Positions 48,790 through 61,639 of a stretch of 64,000 nt of DNA are shown one piece after another. Within the stretch, counting starts at the first letter, position 1. Each line of letters starts with the position of its first letter. Made by a program: the position numbers and the translations under genes. The notes under the pieces are model-generated. The model saw only the letters and a program-made list of their open reading frames with translations. It did not search any database and had not been told where the DNA came from. The stretch comes from Lama glama (lineage: Eukaryota), in assembly GCA_028534125.1 (NCBI GenBank), contig CM052832.1, positions 5,768,001 through 5,832,000 of the forward strand, written 5' to 3'.

Positions 48790-49595
48790 AACTATAGGTT
48801 TATTGAAGCCAGAGACAATCTCCATTTACCTTTGCCTCCTGCCCCCCAACATAGAACCAAGAATAATATTTCGCTCATAGTAGAAATACAATAAATGTTT
48901 GCCGAATTACACTGCAGACACCAGCTTAGGGTAAGCCACTGCCATCATCTCTCTCCTGAGCCACGGCAGCTCCTATGTGGCTGCCGGACTTCAGTTCCTG
49001 GCCCCCTTCAATCCACTGTCTGCACGGGGCCAGAATTCTATATAAAAGAGAAAACCTCCCATGACTTTTTTGCCTTGCGTCCTTCCATGGCTCCCCATTG
49101 GACTTACCATAAAAACAAAACTCTTTCGCACGATCTACAAAGTCCCAGTGTTTTCCAACGCGCCCTGTACCTCCAACCACCTTCCAGGAGTCTTTCCTCG
49201 TTGCCTTCCAAGGCCCAGCCATGCAAATGTGTGTGTGCTCGTGAGGGCTGTGTGAGTGTGTGTGTCTGTGCCTGGGTTTTCTTCCTAGACCTTCTAATTC
49301 TCCCTCCCACTCACCACCTTTGCACGTCCCGTTCCTTGTCCATGAGCTGCTTCCTCTCTCCCTCCCACTCACCCTTCAGATCTCAACTCCAGTGACATTT
49401 CCTTTGACCACTCCCCCCAATATAAACTATGTCCCTTGCTCTCTCCATTGAACCCAGTCCTTCCCTTCATGGTGGTTAGTGCTTTTGCAGTTATGTATTT
49501 ACTTGTGTGCTTATTTATTTGCTGTCCCTATAGCTCATTAAGTTTTGTGACTGATAAATAGCCTTTTCCAAGAATATTTCTTGAGTGAATGAATG
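48790..49595 (+). mobile_element. L2 fragments
   Basis: caataaatgtttgccgaatt; gccactgccatcatctctctcctgag...caatccactgtctgcacggggccaga...ccttccatggctccccattg...ttcagatctcaactcc...tgagtgaatgaatga. Confidence 0.6.
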
Positions 49596-49804
49596 ATTTC
49601 TCCATTATCTCTTATTGAAAGACTAATCTTATTTTCCTATTGCCCCGTTCACCAAAACCCAGATACGAACTCTCTCCACCTTCTGCAAAGTGCACACACT
49701 GTACAGAATTGTAAAGAAGAGACACCGTGTTTTGTGCCCACGCAGTGCTGCATATCCAGAAGGAGGCTTCCCTGCTGTAATCCTCCTCCCAGGAGATTCT
49801 AAGT

Positions 49805-50002
49805 AAGAGGCGGGCAAATGTTTTCTGTAAAAGGCCAAATACTAAATGTTTGCAGTTGTCCTAGCCACGTGGTCTCTGTTGCAACCACTCAACTCTATGG
49901 GAGAGGCCATAGGAAAAGATAATGAATGAGCAGGACTGTGTTTCAATGAAATTTACTTCCAAGACGGGTTTGGGTCAGCAGGCTGTAGTTTGCCAGCTCC
50001 TG
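49805..50002. mobile_element. MER58A with 8-bp TSD
   Basis: ggcaaatgttttctgtaaaaggccaaatactaaatg...ggtctctgttgcaaccactcaactct...gtagtttgccagctcctg. TSD ttctaagt (49797-49804) / ctctaagt (50003-50010). Confidence 0.88.
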
Positions 50003-50104
50003 CTCTAAGTAATCAGAGACACAGCTTTAGACAACACATCTGTATTGCCTAGATCCATGCAAAAACCCACTAACTGGTGCTGATCCTTTTTCGGCCGCAC
50101 CCCT

Positions 50105-50705
50105 GCCTTCCATTCTCAAGGTGATCGTGCCCAGTGGCCTCCCATCTTACTCCACGTAAAACCCGAAGTCCCCTCTGCGATCTGCAAGGCTGGGTCTGTC
50201 CCTCCCCTTGCCCTCTCTGAGCTCACTTCCTGGCAGTCCTCCCTGCTTTCAGTCCACTCCAGCCCACGCTGGCCTCAGGCTGCTCCGTGAACATGGCAGG
50301 CAGCTTCCTGCCTCAGTGCCTTTGAACTTGATGTTTCCTCTGCCTGGAATGCTCTTCTTCTGAAAACGTCACAGCTGTTTCTTCACTTCTTCCTGGACGT
50401 CTTCCAAAAGTTATCTTTACAGTAAGGTCTTTCTTACCCCACTCCCTCTAGAATCTCTCACCTCAACTCCGCACACATACAATTCCCCTCTTCTGCTTGT
50501 CTTTTTTCCTAATTCGCCAACACATATCACAGTATATACTGTGCTTATTTATCTTCTTTATTACTTGCCCTCTTCACTAGAATTAAGTCCCTCGAGAGTA
50601 GGGACCACCACTGTCTTGATCACCGCTGTATCCTTAATGCCTATTACAGTGCTTGATACATGATACACACTCAGTGAATATACTGAATGATAGAAAGAAT
50701 GAATA
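50105..50705 (+). mobile_element. L2 3' region
   Basis: cactccagcccacgctggcctc...cttcctgcctcagtgcctttgaacttgatgtttcctctgcctggaatgctctt...cactagaattaagtccctcgagagtagggacc...tcaccgctgtatcc...tgaatgatagaaagaatgaat. Confidence 0.85.
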
Positions 50706-52134
50706 AGCAAGTCCTCGTCCCTTATAGAACTTCTGTGCCTGAATCAAGACACCGTCACCAATAATTTTTTTCTTTTCCTTTTAATATTCAAGAATACAAG
50801 TTTCTAGTAGCAAAAAAAATTTGTTCGCATTGTGCTCATCTTTGTACTCAAGTTAAGAATGCTTAATTGTTGCATCTAAGCAACTTCTTTTCATCTGAAC
50901 TGACTCTCTCCACTGACATGATGAAAGTTGAGGGAGGGAAATTAAGTTGCAAAGCTCAAAAAGAAGCTGTACCTTGTTTCTTAATTAAATGCTTGCACAG
51001 AAATTGGTTGCTGATAAGTTTTACTTAAATTTTGTGGGTATTTGTGAGTGTGCTGACCAAACCCTTACCCCATGGGTCAAGGTTATGCCAGAAAAACTCT
51101 TCTTAGAAAGCTCCAAGTACAAGGTCTTTTCCTAACTTTAAACAGAAAGCGCTACGTGAACCTATGTCTCCTTTGTACTTTGGAACAAAGGAAAACACGG
51201 TATTTTTAGGATTCATACATGTGCCTGGGTTACTTATGAGCATATGAAATTGACTCAAAGTAAGTCATCGTTGACAATTACACCAACAAAAGAGGAAAAG
51301 AAAGATTAGAATTTGGATATATTTATATGTGATTAAAAGGAAATCGGAGTGAGGAAAATTAGTTGACAATTTTCACATTGGCTGCTTTGTTCGAAATGGA
51401 AGGGAAAAACCATTGCTAATTAATCTTCAAGCTGAAATCATTACTCATGCCTCCCATTTTTTAATCAATTCATTTCCTCATCGTCTTTTTGTGTTCTGGA
51501 AGCAGTTTCTTCACATCAACTTTCCCATTTAGTCATTTTCCTGAGCTTTTAAAGTTTCACCTCTGAGTGACATGCAATACCTTGAACATAGTAGGTAAAC
51601 ACATGCCTATTACCCTGAATTAAAGTGTCTTGAATTCTTATTTAATTGTCTCTTAACTATATACCTTTTTCCAATGAGACCGTAGATACCTCAGAATCAA
51701 AGGTACCTGAACCTTCTTTCCTCTCTAAACCCTAATACCTGGAACACACTGTTACTACGTAAATATCAACTGAACTTGATTATTTAAACATGGAAACATG
51801 GATATATAGCAGATACTTAGGAACTGAAGGATTATAGTTTTACGGCATTTCATAGGAAGCACTTCGGTAAAGCCTAGTGTCGCAAGAGGAGCCAGACGAT
51901 GTTAGTTCACCCAGAATCAGACATGGTGCCGGTGTGGCTGCAGCCGCTGCTGTTGGCCCTGTTACTTTTGTTGGTCAAATCTTTCATCCCCCAGTGTTTT
52001 CACAACAGTAAGTGGGAAATACGAGTTCAGCTAAGACTATAACACTCTAGTTATTGACTTGCTTATTTTATTTATAAGGCACCAGTGGGTTATCTCCACT
52101 GAGGTTATCTCAGGCCAGTAGCAGATTTAGTTCT

Positions 52135-52278
52135 AAAAAAGAAAGGAAGAAAGGAAGAAAGGAAGGGAGGAAGAAGGAAAGGAGGGAGAAAGGAAGGAAG
52201 GAAGGAAGGAAGGAAGGAAAGGAAAGGAAGGAGGGAGGGAAGAAAAAAAGTTCTGGCAGGAAGGAAAAAAAAAGAAGC
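52135..52278 (+). repeat. (GGAA)n-rich polypurine tract
   Basis: Read directly; includes a ggaaggaaggaaggaaggaaggaaggaa core. Confidence 0.92.
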
Positions 52279-52340
52279 AAAATTTAGAAGATTAAACTTG
52301 AAGTCTCCTTTCTTAGAGTCTAAAGGTAGGATATAAAATG

Positions 52341-52364
52341 ATAATAATAATAATAATAATAATA

Positions 52365-52413
<49 letters not shown>
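52341..52413 (+). repeat. (ATA)n microsatellite, about 24 units with one GTA interruption
   Basis: Read directly from the sequence. Confidence 0.95.
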
Positions 52414-52414
<1 letters not shown>

Positions 52415-52784
52415 TTCACTGATCTGTGAAATACTGAGATTTTATTTTGGACTATGGACCAAGCTCTCTGCTCCTCGGAGGTTACGTATCCTCCAGGCAT
52501 CCATTCCCTCCCTGTGCTTAACAGCTGTATATCTGCAACACACACCGACTCTCTCTGTCTCCCATCTGACTCCTCTCATGAGAATACTAAATTGGCTTAA
52601 ATCATGTGGGAGCAATATAAATACTGTTTGGTGATGAGGATAAATTGGTTCAAATCACATAGGTACTTTCCTAAGTGCTGACTGATGAGGAAGTTTAGAT
52701 GTGCTGCAGTTTATAAACAAAATGAAGTTACCTGGTGAGATATGAGGGGGTAGGTATAATTTTTGTGCTTAAGAAGTATAAAAG

Positions 52785-55120
52785 GAAGAGAAGTGAACAC
52801 ATCCTGAATCATTCTATGAGGCTACTACTACCCTGATTCCCAAACCAAAGACATCAAAAGGAAAGAAAACTACAGACCAATATCTCATGAATACAAATGC
52901 AAAAAGAGTCTTAACAAAATGTAAGCAAACCAAATCCAGCAACATATAAATAGGATTATATACCACGACTAAGTAGAATTTACCCCCTAAATGCAAGGTT
53001 AGTTTAATACCTAAAAATCAGTTAGTGCAACACACTGTATCAACAGAATAAAGGTTGGAAATTACACGATCATCTCAGTAGACATAGAAAAGGCATTTGG
53101 CAAATCTTAACATCCTTTTATGATAAAAAACACTCAACAAACTAGGACTTCTTTTATCAGGCTAAAGAAGGGAGCTTCTGTGAAAAAGCATTGGTGAAAA
53201 ACCCAAAGTTAATACTATGTCTAATAGTGAATGCTTTTCCTTTAAGATCAGGAGCAAGACAAGGCTGTGCCTTCACCACTTCTGCTTAACATTATACTGG
53301 AAGTTCTAGCCAGGGCAACTAGGCAAGCAAATGAAACAAAAAACATTTATATTGAAATGAGGAAGCAAAATTATCTCTATTTGGAGATGACATGATCTCA
53401 TTATAGAAAATCCTGAGGAATCCACCAAGAAGTGGTTGGCACTAATAAAGGAGTTCAGCAAGATTGCAGGATACAAGATTAATATACAAAAGTCAGTTGT
53501 ACTTCCATACACTGGCAATGGACAATCCAAAAATGAAATTAAGAAGACAATTCCATTTTCAATCACATTATAAAGAATAAGATTCTGAGGAATAAATTTA
53601 CCAAAAGAAATGCAAAATTATACTCTGAAAACTACACAACACTGTTGAAAAAAACTTCAAGAAACCTAAGAACATGGAAAGACATACCATGTTCATAGAA
53701 TAGAAAAACAACGAAGCTATAGTAATGAAGACACACAGCAATATTGGCACATGGATAGACGTATAGGTCAGTGGAATAGAACTGAGACTCTGTAAATACA
53801 TTCTTACCCATATGGTCAGTTCATTGATTTTTGACATAGGTACCTGGGTAATCCAATGGGGAAAAAGTAGTATTTTCAACCAATGATACTGGGGCAGTTG
53901 GATATCCACATGAAAAAGACTCCAGCTGGACTTCTTTGTCACACCTAAGTAAAATTTAACCCAAAATGGATCATAGACCTAAATGAAAAACCTAAACCTG
54001 TAAATCTCTGAGAAGAAAATGTAGGAGTTACTCTTCTCAGCTATGATACCAAAAGCAAAAGCAACAAAAGAAAAGATGGATAAATTAGACTTTCCCAAAA
54101 TTAAAAACTTTTGTACTTCAAAAGATACCATCAAGAAAGTGGAAGGCAGCTTCTAGAATGGAGACTGCAAATAATGGGGAAATATTTGCAAATTATATAT
54201 CTGATAAGAGGCTTTTATTCAGAATGTATAAAGGACTATTACAACTTATTAATAAAAAGATAAATAACCCAACTTTAAAAGAGCAAAGGATTTGAATAGC
54301 TATTTAACCTACGAAGATAAAAAACGTCAAAAAAGCATGAAAAATGCTCAACATCATTAGTCATGAGAGAAATGCAAACCAAAACCACTACAAGCCATCA
54401 TATCTATTAGGACTGTTACAATTAAAAAACCAGATTGTAACAAGTGTTGACGAGGTGGTGGAGGATTGGAACCCCTCATATATTGCTGGTGGAAATGTAA
54501 GTGGTGCAGCTGATTTGGAAAACAGTTTGACAATTCTTAAAAATGCTTAATGTAGAGTTATCGCATGACCCAGCAATTCCACCCATCAGTGTACGTGCAA
54601 GAGAAATGAAAACATATGTCCACAGAAAGACTTGTCCACAAACATTCATAGCAGCATTATTCATAATAGCCAAAAGAGTAGAAGCAACCTACATGTTCAT
54701 TAGCGGATGAATCAATAAAATGTGGTATATTTATACAAGTAGATAATATCCAGCCACAAAAAGGAGTGAAATACTAATACTTGTTATAACACGGATGAAC
54801 TTTCAAAACATTCTGCCAAGGAAAGAAGCCAGTTGCAAAAGACAGCATATTGTATGATTCCATTTATATGAAATGTCTAGGAAGCAGACAAATACTGAAC
54901 GAAAGAATAGTAGATTAGTGGTTGCCTAGGACTTGGGGTTTAGGAGATTGAGAGGAGGAATGAGGAGTGACAGCTAATGGGTATGGTGTTTCTTTTGTGG
55001 GTGATGAATGTTCTAAAATGGATTGTGGTGGTGATTGCATAATCCTTTAATATACCAGAAATCGTTGAATTGTACAATATAAGTGGGTGAATTATATGGT
55101 GTGTATCTCAATAAAGTTGT
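52785..55120 (+). mobile_element. L1MB-type LINE: degraded ORF2 (RT and C-terminal region) plus 3'UTR
   Basis: cattctatgaggc...ccaaaccaaagacatc...gaaaactacagaccaatatc (RT start), ggagatgacatgatc (FADD-motif region), cagcaattccac...acattcatagcagcattattcataatagccaaaa; ends ggtgatgaatgttctaaaatggattgtggtggtg...tctcaataaagttg. Many frameshifts. Confidence 0.9.
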
Positions 55121-57959
55121 GGATCCATCTACTTTTCTCCCTGAAGTAAGGATATAAGAGGAGAGCTTTCCATTTATTCATACAAGCCCTTGACCGGATT
55201 CTTCTCCAGGGAGAAGAGGTCCCTCTCTGAGTGGAGAAATAGGGAGAATCTGACACCCTATTTGATTCCTACTGGAATCAAAGAAGCAAATCTAAGAAGA
55301 GAACTTCCCTGTCTTTCTTCCCTTCTTTCCTTTCTCCCTCCCTTGTTCTCACTCCTCTCTATTTCCCCACAGCCACATGAAGTCCCTCCTCTTGCAAGGG
55401 CTACATGTCTTTCTGAAGTGACTTTGCCTTGAACTGGAAGGAGGTCTGCATCAGATTGGGAGGTAGACAGCTCCATTACCCTCGCATTGAGTTTTACCAT
55501 CAGCAGACTGCTAGGTTGCTGTTTCGCTCGGGTCTTGGTGTTTATTTATAAGCCCCTTGAAAAGAAATGTAAGTAGTAGCATGTGCTCACCAAACTGACC
55601 TTGAATCTCCGGCACCACTAACGAGACCTTCTTTCTCTGCCCTCACGCTTCTAGTCTTCTTCAATGTAGAAGACTCTTTAGACACTATACAAGTTTTACT
55701 GCTCTGTCGAACTGCTGCATAGAGGAGAAAATTGACAAGAACAGGGACAGATCAAATAATGGAGACAGTTCTCCTTAAGCAGACATTTAAAAACTAATAT
55801 TAGCTTAAAAGATCCTGGACGTCACCTAAAATTTTAGGTATAGAGTTATGAGAGGTAAAGTGCAGTTTCAAAATGTAAAATGCTGTTTTGGAAGGATTCA
55901 GTAATAACAGATAGAAAGAAAACTGCAGCTTTGGTACAATGTGCCTCTGTTGTGTCTACTCTGTATCTAGTCCCAGACTCTTAAATTAGAGCTGTGCTCT
56001 TCCACTGGTCGTCTCATGGATGATGTGTGGAAATCAGTCATCTCAACCAGTCAGCCCTCCACCTTGCTGAGTTCTGTGCGGGGTAGAATATATACCCACA
56101 GAACTAAAGGAGAGTCAAAACTGCATCCTTATAAACAGAGGCACGGTGTTTCCTAAAGTCCATGGGAAAGCTGGACTGGAGACATTGTATCAGACTAGAG
56201 CCAATGTAGTGATCTTTCCCTAACAAATCCTGAATCTAGATATTTTTCCCCTCCAGCCTGTAGGAGAATTAGGTCTTCAAGGCATCCCTGCTAAGATTTC
56301 CTTAACAGCCAACTGCATGGAAGGCTGTGGTTTGCCTCACAAATCCAGCTGCTGTCAGAAGAGAGTCTGCCAGAGCCCATTGTTAAGAGATGGATAACCT
56401 GCCTCCCTTTAGAACGACAGGGCCAGGAGTTATTCCTGCACAAGATGAGAAAGCTGAGGGCAAACTCTGACCTTTCTTATGCATCTGTTACACAAGTAGT
56501 GCAGGAGAGAGAAATGGGGTTCAGCTTATTTACTGTTTTAGAGGAACAGTGGCCAACCCACGGGTACATTGTCACAAGTGTTATCAGGCTCTCACCCTTA
56601 GATCAGCTATTTCCAGTGCTTAGAAGAGTGATGTCAAAGAGACAAAGGAAAGGTTGGCAGTGTGCTCTCCAGCACTGTCTAAAGGAGAGTGGAACTGAAG
56701 TGTCCTCTTCATGGGAACAAAAGAAGTAGGGATAAGTATCCCCATTGCAACATACTACAGCACCAAAAATCTCCGGAGCTCGGAGGCACACATCCAGTGC
56801 TTAAGTTTACAATAAATCTTTACTAAGTGGCAAGAACTGCCTTAGGAAATGGTGACATAAAAATCAAAGCAAGACAGATACTGCCCTGAAGATCACAGTC
56901 TACTCTCTCTGGGGTAAGAGGCTGAAGATTTGGGTTCTGGTCCTGACTACCGAAAGGACTCTCCATTTCCTAGCCGTTAAACGAAGGAGAAAAGTGGTCT
57001 GTCTGTCTCAGGAGTAGTCCTGAGACTCATAGGCAGCTGTGTTCCTCAGGACCCCTTTGTGCAAATCTCCCCCTCGGGGGGTTCTTCCTTTGTACCCAGT
57101 CTACTTTGTCAACACACCATCATTTTAGGAAAGGATATGAGAAACTCATTCACCAGAAGAAACAAAGAACTACCATGCTTACAAGGTGGATCTTCCCAGC
57201 AGTATTTCCATTTGCATGGAAGACTAACTCCTGAAGTTGAATTCTGAAATAGTTTCCACTTGTAGATTCCCATGTAGTAACAGTTTTTTTTCCCTAGCAT
57301 TATTCTAAAGTGGCAGACAACCCCACTGACAAATCAGGCCAGCCCTGCTGCATGGAGAGCCAGTATAGAGAATCTATGTCTTTTTTTTAATATGTATTAG
57401 TTTATCCGCAGACTTTATAAAGCTATCCGAGAAGTATTCTGAGGCTACCCTGCCTCATGAGAGAGAAGCGGGTGTTTTCTTTGAGGACCTCCACAGGTGG
57501 GGAGGACAGGCTCCGTGCAATAGTGATCTGGCCACGTCTGTCACAGAAATCACCCCACCATCAAATCAGAAGGAAACATAATTATCCACAACAGAACAGG
57601 AGACGGAAGGAGTGTAACAGTGCACAGCATGTGAATACCAGTCCTTGGCTGTAATTGAGAGACGAGCACAGGACCGATCACAGCTGTTCCCTATCTTGCC
57701 TCAGTCTGCTTCTGAGCTTAGCACGTTGAGGTACAAAACCTTTCTCAACCCTAGACTCAAAAAATATTCCTTCAGTACTGGCTACCTCCATGACACTGCT
57801 GGGCACTGAAGGGCAAACAAAAGACAAAGACATGGTCCTTGATTCCAGGGGACTTTCACTGCAGTACAGGGCTTCTGATGGAATTCGAGGCAGATGTCAT
57901 CAGAGAAGCAGTTAAGGTGTAAGGGGATGAGATTATTGGCCTGCAGAAGGTGGAAGGTT

Positions 57960-58115
57960 CCATGCTGTTTTGTCCAGTATTTGAAGTGCAGGTATATGGC
58001 AAAATAATTGGCATATATTCCAAAGGATACAATTAGGAGTAAATACTGGACATTTCAGGGTGACTAATTTCAACTCTAAATATGGGAGAACTTTCCAACT
58101 TTCAGGAAGTATGTG
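57960..58115. repeat. Nested inverted repeat, possible hAT-type MITE remnant
   Basis: tgtccagtattt (57971-57982) and aaatactggaca (58041-58052) form a perfect 12-bp inverted repeat, with an inner imperfect one (tatatggcaa / ttggcatata). Confidence 0.55.
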
Positions 58116-58904
58116 GGCAGGATATGCACTTGGGCACATAGGAAAAGTACACACATCACGGGAGAGCTGAGTGTGGTCTCAGGAGACATCACGATTTGCA
58201 TACTGTAGGTGCTTAATGAGTGTCTGCTGATTAGTTGACTGATTTCTTTGAGAGGCATGCTGTTTTATTAAAGTTTCCCATACCAGTGCTAACACAGTCT
58301 ACCCCTTGGGAAATCTCAAAAAGTGTCAAAAGAGATAATGCACTTTACAAGCTGCCAGCATTCTTTTATCAGCTCTTTATGTAACATTTCTGGGTCCTGA
58401 ATTGTTGTCAGTTAATTATAGGTGAAAATGTTCTGAAAAGAATAATGTGGACCTGTTTGTTCTTTTTAATTTTGTAATTGCTGAGGTAGCCCTAGGTTTC
58501 CATGTATCTCCAAGGATTAGAACTTTCTGGTGGTCACGTGGCCAAAAATCATCCTCCTCAGGTCCAGTTAGCTGTTTCAGAGTCATAGCTATCTGGAGGT
58601 CGGGCGGGGGGTGCATTTGACTCTTTCTGACGATTGTTTCTTGATTATTCTTTACTGAATGGAAATGGGCAGGACTAAGTCCAGGAGGATTCTTAAGACA
58701 GAAAGGAGTCAGATTTGTCCCAAGAGGGCAGTAAGAGTTTCCTACCGTTTTCACTCCTTGAAGCTGTGTTTGATTGCCTGGCTTGTGACCATGATTAACA
58801 GTCATTTCTATTGGTGGCTTCAAGAATGAGACACAGCAGTGTGTTGTAGTACACTGGGAGCATATAGCTAAGACCCTTAATGAATGTTCGCCCATAAATA
58901 AAAG

Positions 58905-59130
58905 TGATGGCTACTATTTATTGAGTTTTTAATATATGCCAAGGACTCTGGTGAGCCCTTTCTGTAAATTACCTCATTTCTTCTTCTCAGCAACACTGTC
59001 AGCTTGGGGCTTGCGTTTTCTGCTCTGCACATGAGGAAACCGATCAGAGAGGCTGATATCAAGGGTGTGCGGTTAGGAAGGTGCGCAGCTGGGGTTTGAA
59101 CCCCAACCATGAACACAAGAGCCAGTATCA
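58905..59130 (-). mobile_element. MIR SINE
   Basis: atggctactatttattgagttttt...atgccaagg...cctcatttcttcttctcagcaacactg...catgaggaaaccgatcagagaggctg...ggggtttgaacccc. Confidence 0.75.
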
Positions 59131-59814
59131 GGACCCCCTCCCCTCCCCTGCTATTCGTCCATCCACTGTCCTCTATTCTCTGACTTCGAGAATTAACACC
59201 TAACATTTTCTGAGATAAACCCTGCTGATTAATTTATGCTGTGATTAAAGCTAAACTAAGCTGTGTACTCTGAAAGGGGACAGATTACAGGGCGATATGG
59301 TCAGAAGAGGGCCTTTTACCCTGAAAGGGAAATCTACTCATCAAGGATATATTCAAGTCACCGGTTCAGTCACTTTGAGAGGACCCTCTAGAAAAAGGTC
59401 TCCTTACCCCACCCGCAACACCCCCAATCTTCCTACCCCCAGGGCTGGTGGGACTCAGCCTACGGCCCCAAAGCCCTCCTGGGCTCTCTCCTCCTGGAAG
59501 CAAGTCTGGTTTGCTCTGTGAGCCGCAGAAAAAATTAATGGCTGGAAAGTTCCCTTTCAGCTTCTTTCCTGCTGGCGGAGAGCAGTTCCAGTAGCTTGGT
59601 CTGAGTAAGAACACACACATACGGAATGCCGCAATTGGTTGAATCCAGTTAACTAAAATCCTTTACCAATCAACTTTTTTTTTTCTTCAAGTAACTTCTA
59701 AGGACAAAAAAGGGCAGATTTCGAAATAATCGTCAGGGAAGAAAACTTTTAAACTTTTCTCTGGGCCTGCTGGTACACAGTCAAACTCCCTCATTTCTAC
59801 AACGGTATAATACT

Positions 59815-60055
59815 GTTCAGTAATAGCTGTTGTTTGTGGGAACGCTGATTGTGGGCCAGAGGTTTGTACAAAGGGATTCAGGTGTCCGTGTTCCCTTTAA
59901 TACAGCCATCCTTCGAAGCAGGTATCATTACTGTCTCCATTGAATAGATTGTATAGACCTGCCAGTGGGGTCATTAACTTGCCCCAGGTCACACGTCAAG
60001 TAGATGGTCATGAGGAAGCTTGAATCCACAGGACTCAATTCTTTAACCAATATGC
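59815..60055 (-). mobile_element. MIR SINE
   Basis: gtaatagctgttgtttgtggg...gcaggtatcattactgtctccattgaatagat...taacttgccccaggtcacac. Confidence 0.65.
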
Positions 60056-60117
60056 CAGACTTGCGTCCTGATTACTGGTGCATGATAAAACGATGACTCG
60101 GAAGTCTATCATTCAAT

Positions 60118-60370
60118 AAATAATAATAACTAACGTTTATTGAGTGCCTCCTAGGTCCCAAGCCTGCTCTAGGCTTGTTACCACTGTTCTCTCATTTAAT
60201 CTTCACACTAACCCATTAAAACAGGTGCTGTTTTTGTCCCTATTTTCCAGAGTAGGAAAGTGAAATACACAGAAGTTGAGCCAATCCTCCCCATACTGCA
60301 CATCGCAAAGGGACGGAGCCAGTACCAGAAGCAAAATGTGTTACTCCAGAGTACATTTTTAATTGCTGCA
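60118..60370 (-). mobile_element. MIR SINE
   Basis: taataataactaacgtttattgagtgcctcctagg...tctcatttaatcttcacac...ccctattttccagagtaggaaagtgaaatacacagaagtt. Confidence 0.75.
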
Positions 60371-61639
60371 CATAAAGCCTTTTCCCTTCTTTTTTTTTTT
60401 TGTCTAATGCATTTTCGAAAGATCTCCAATAAAGTTAATCAACCAATACACGTTGAATCGAAAAGGAAGTTCTGGTTGATTAATTTAATGACTATTCAAA
60501 TAATCAGATGATCCAATTCCGGAGCTTTCTGGTTAATTGAGTTTCCACTGGCTTCAGGACGTTCTGTTCGGAGAGAGTTCTAGTTCATGAGATGTGGAAT
60601 TTATCTTCATTGGTAAGAAAGGCAGTTTTCAAGGATGCTCCCAGAAAACTTGCCCTTTGAAGCATTATGCTTTTATCAAGCATTTGTGCTGCAACTTTGA
60701 AGATTTTCTTTTGAATAATATTTATGAGACACCAAGACTGTGCATCATTTAAATCTGCTAAGTAAGATTCCTTCCATTTCAAACATGTTTTTTAATGATT
60801 GAAGCAGATATTTTAAAAGCATTCTCCAGCTCTTGGTGTTAGAGAAATCCTAGGTCATCATTACTTCTGCTCTCTGCAACGTAGAAGATCCCCGAAGCTT
60901 GTAACGAATGAACTGTTAAACTCAGACATATGAATATGATGCGGTTTTCAAATGGGACAAATGGGAGGTACTAAACTTCAAAGCGATGACATTTTACCTC
61001 ATCTTCCTAGAGGAAGGCACTCCGGAAATGTCCTTCAAATCAATGAATCAACTTTTCTAACCAATTTTTGTTCTTCGAACGTCTTCAGCTCAATAAACAC
61101 TTAGATTATCTTAATTTTCATTCCTCCAAGCTCTTGTATTTATTATTTTCGTCTTTTAGGTAATCTCTTATTCTAGGTCTTGATTTTTTAAGCACATGCT
61201 TGTGTTTAGTTTATGAGCTATCAATCCACTTCTCTGGACAATTGTAGGATTCTCGGCCCCACCTCTCACTCTCCCATTCACTGCTCTGCTCTGCTTAAAG
61301 CGGTGATTTGTTAGGTCCGTGTGGCTCCTCCTTCCTTCTCCTATTTTAATATTCATATTATCTTCCACTGAGAACATCTTCCCACTTCCCACATGCCCAA
61401 CTGGCTTTATCTTCTTAGTGAACATGCAACTAAAATATTCCTTCCATGAGAAAGCCGTCCCTTTTACTAGCAACATGGTTTGGAAATTCAGATCCTCCAG
61501 GGATTAACTCTCATCCAGTGCTCCTGTTCTAGCTCCTACACTTTTAACTCCTACGCCCAAAGATATCCATTTATAAAGCCAGCAATAACGAAAGTTTTAT
61601 TTTATCTCATTTTCCCCTAAATACTTATTTATTATAAAG

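Noticed and set aside
52105..52634. Poly-Leu/Ile ORFs
   Set aside because: Translations of the ATA and GGAA repeats.
58416..58895. 159-aa ORF
   Set aside because: Non-ATG start and no recognisable motif; the length is compatible with chance in 64 kb over six frames.
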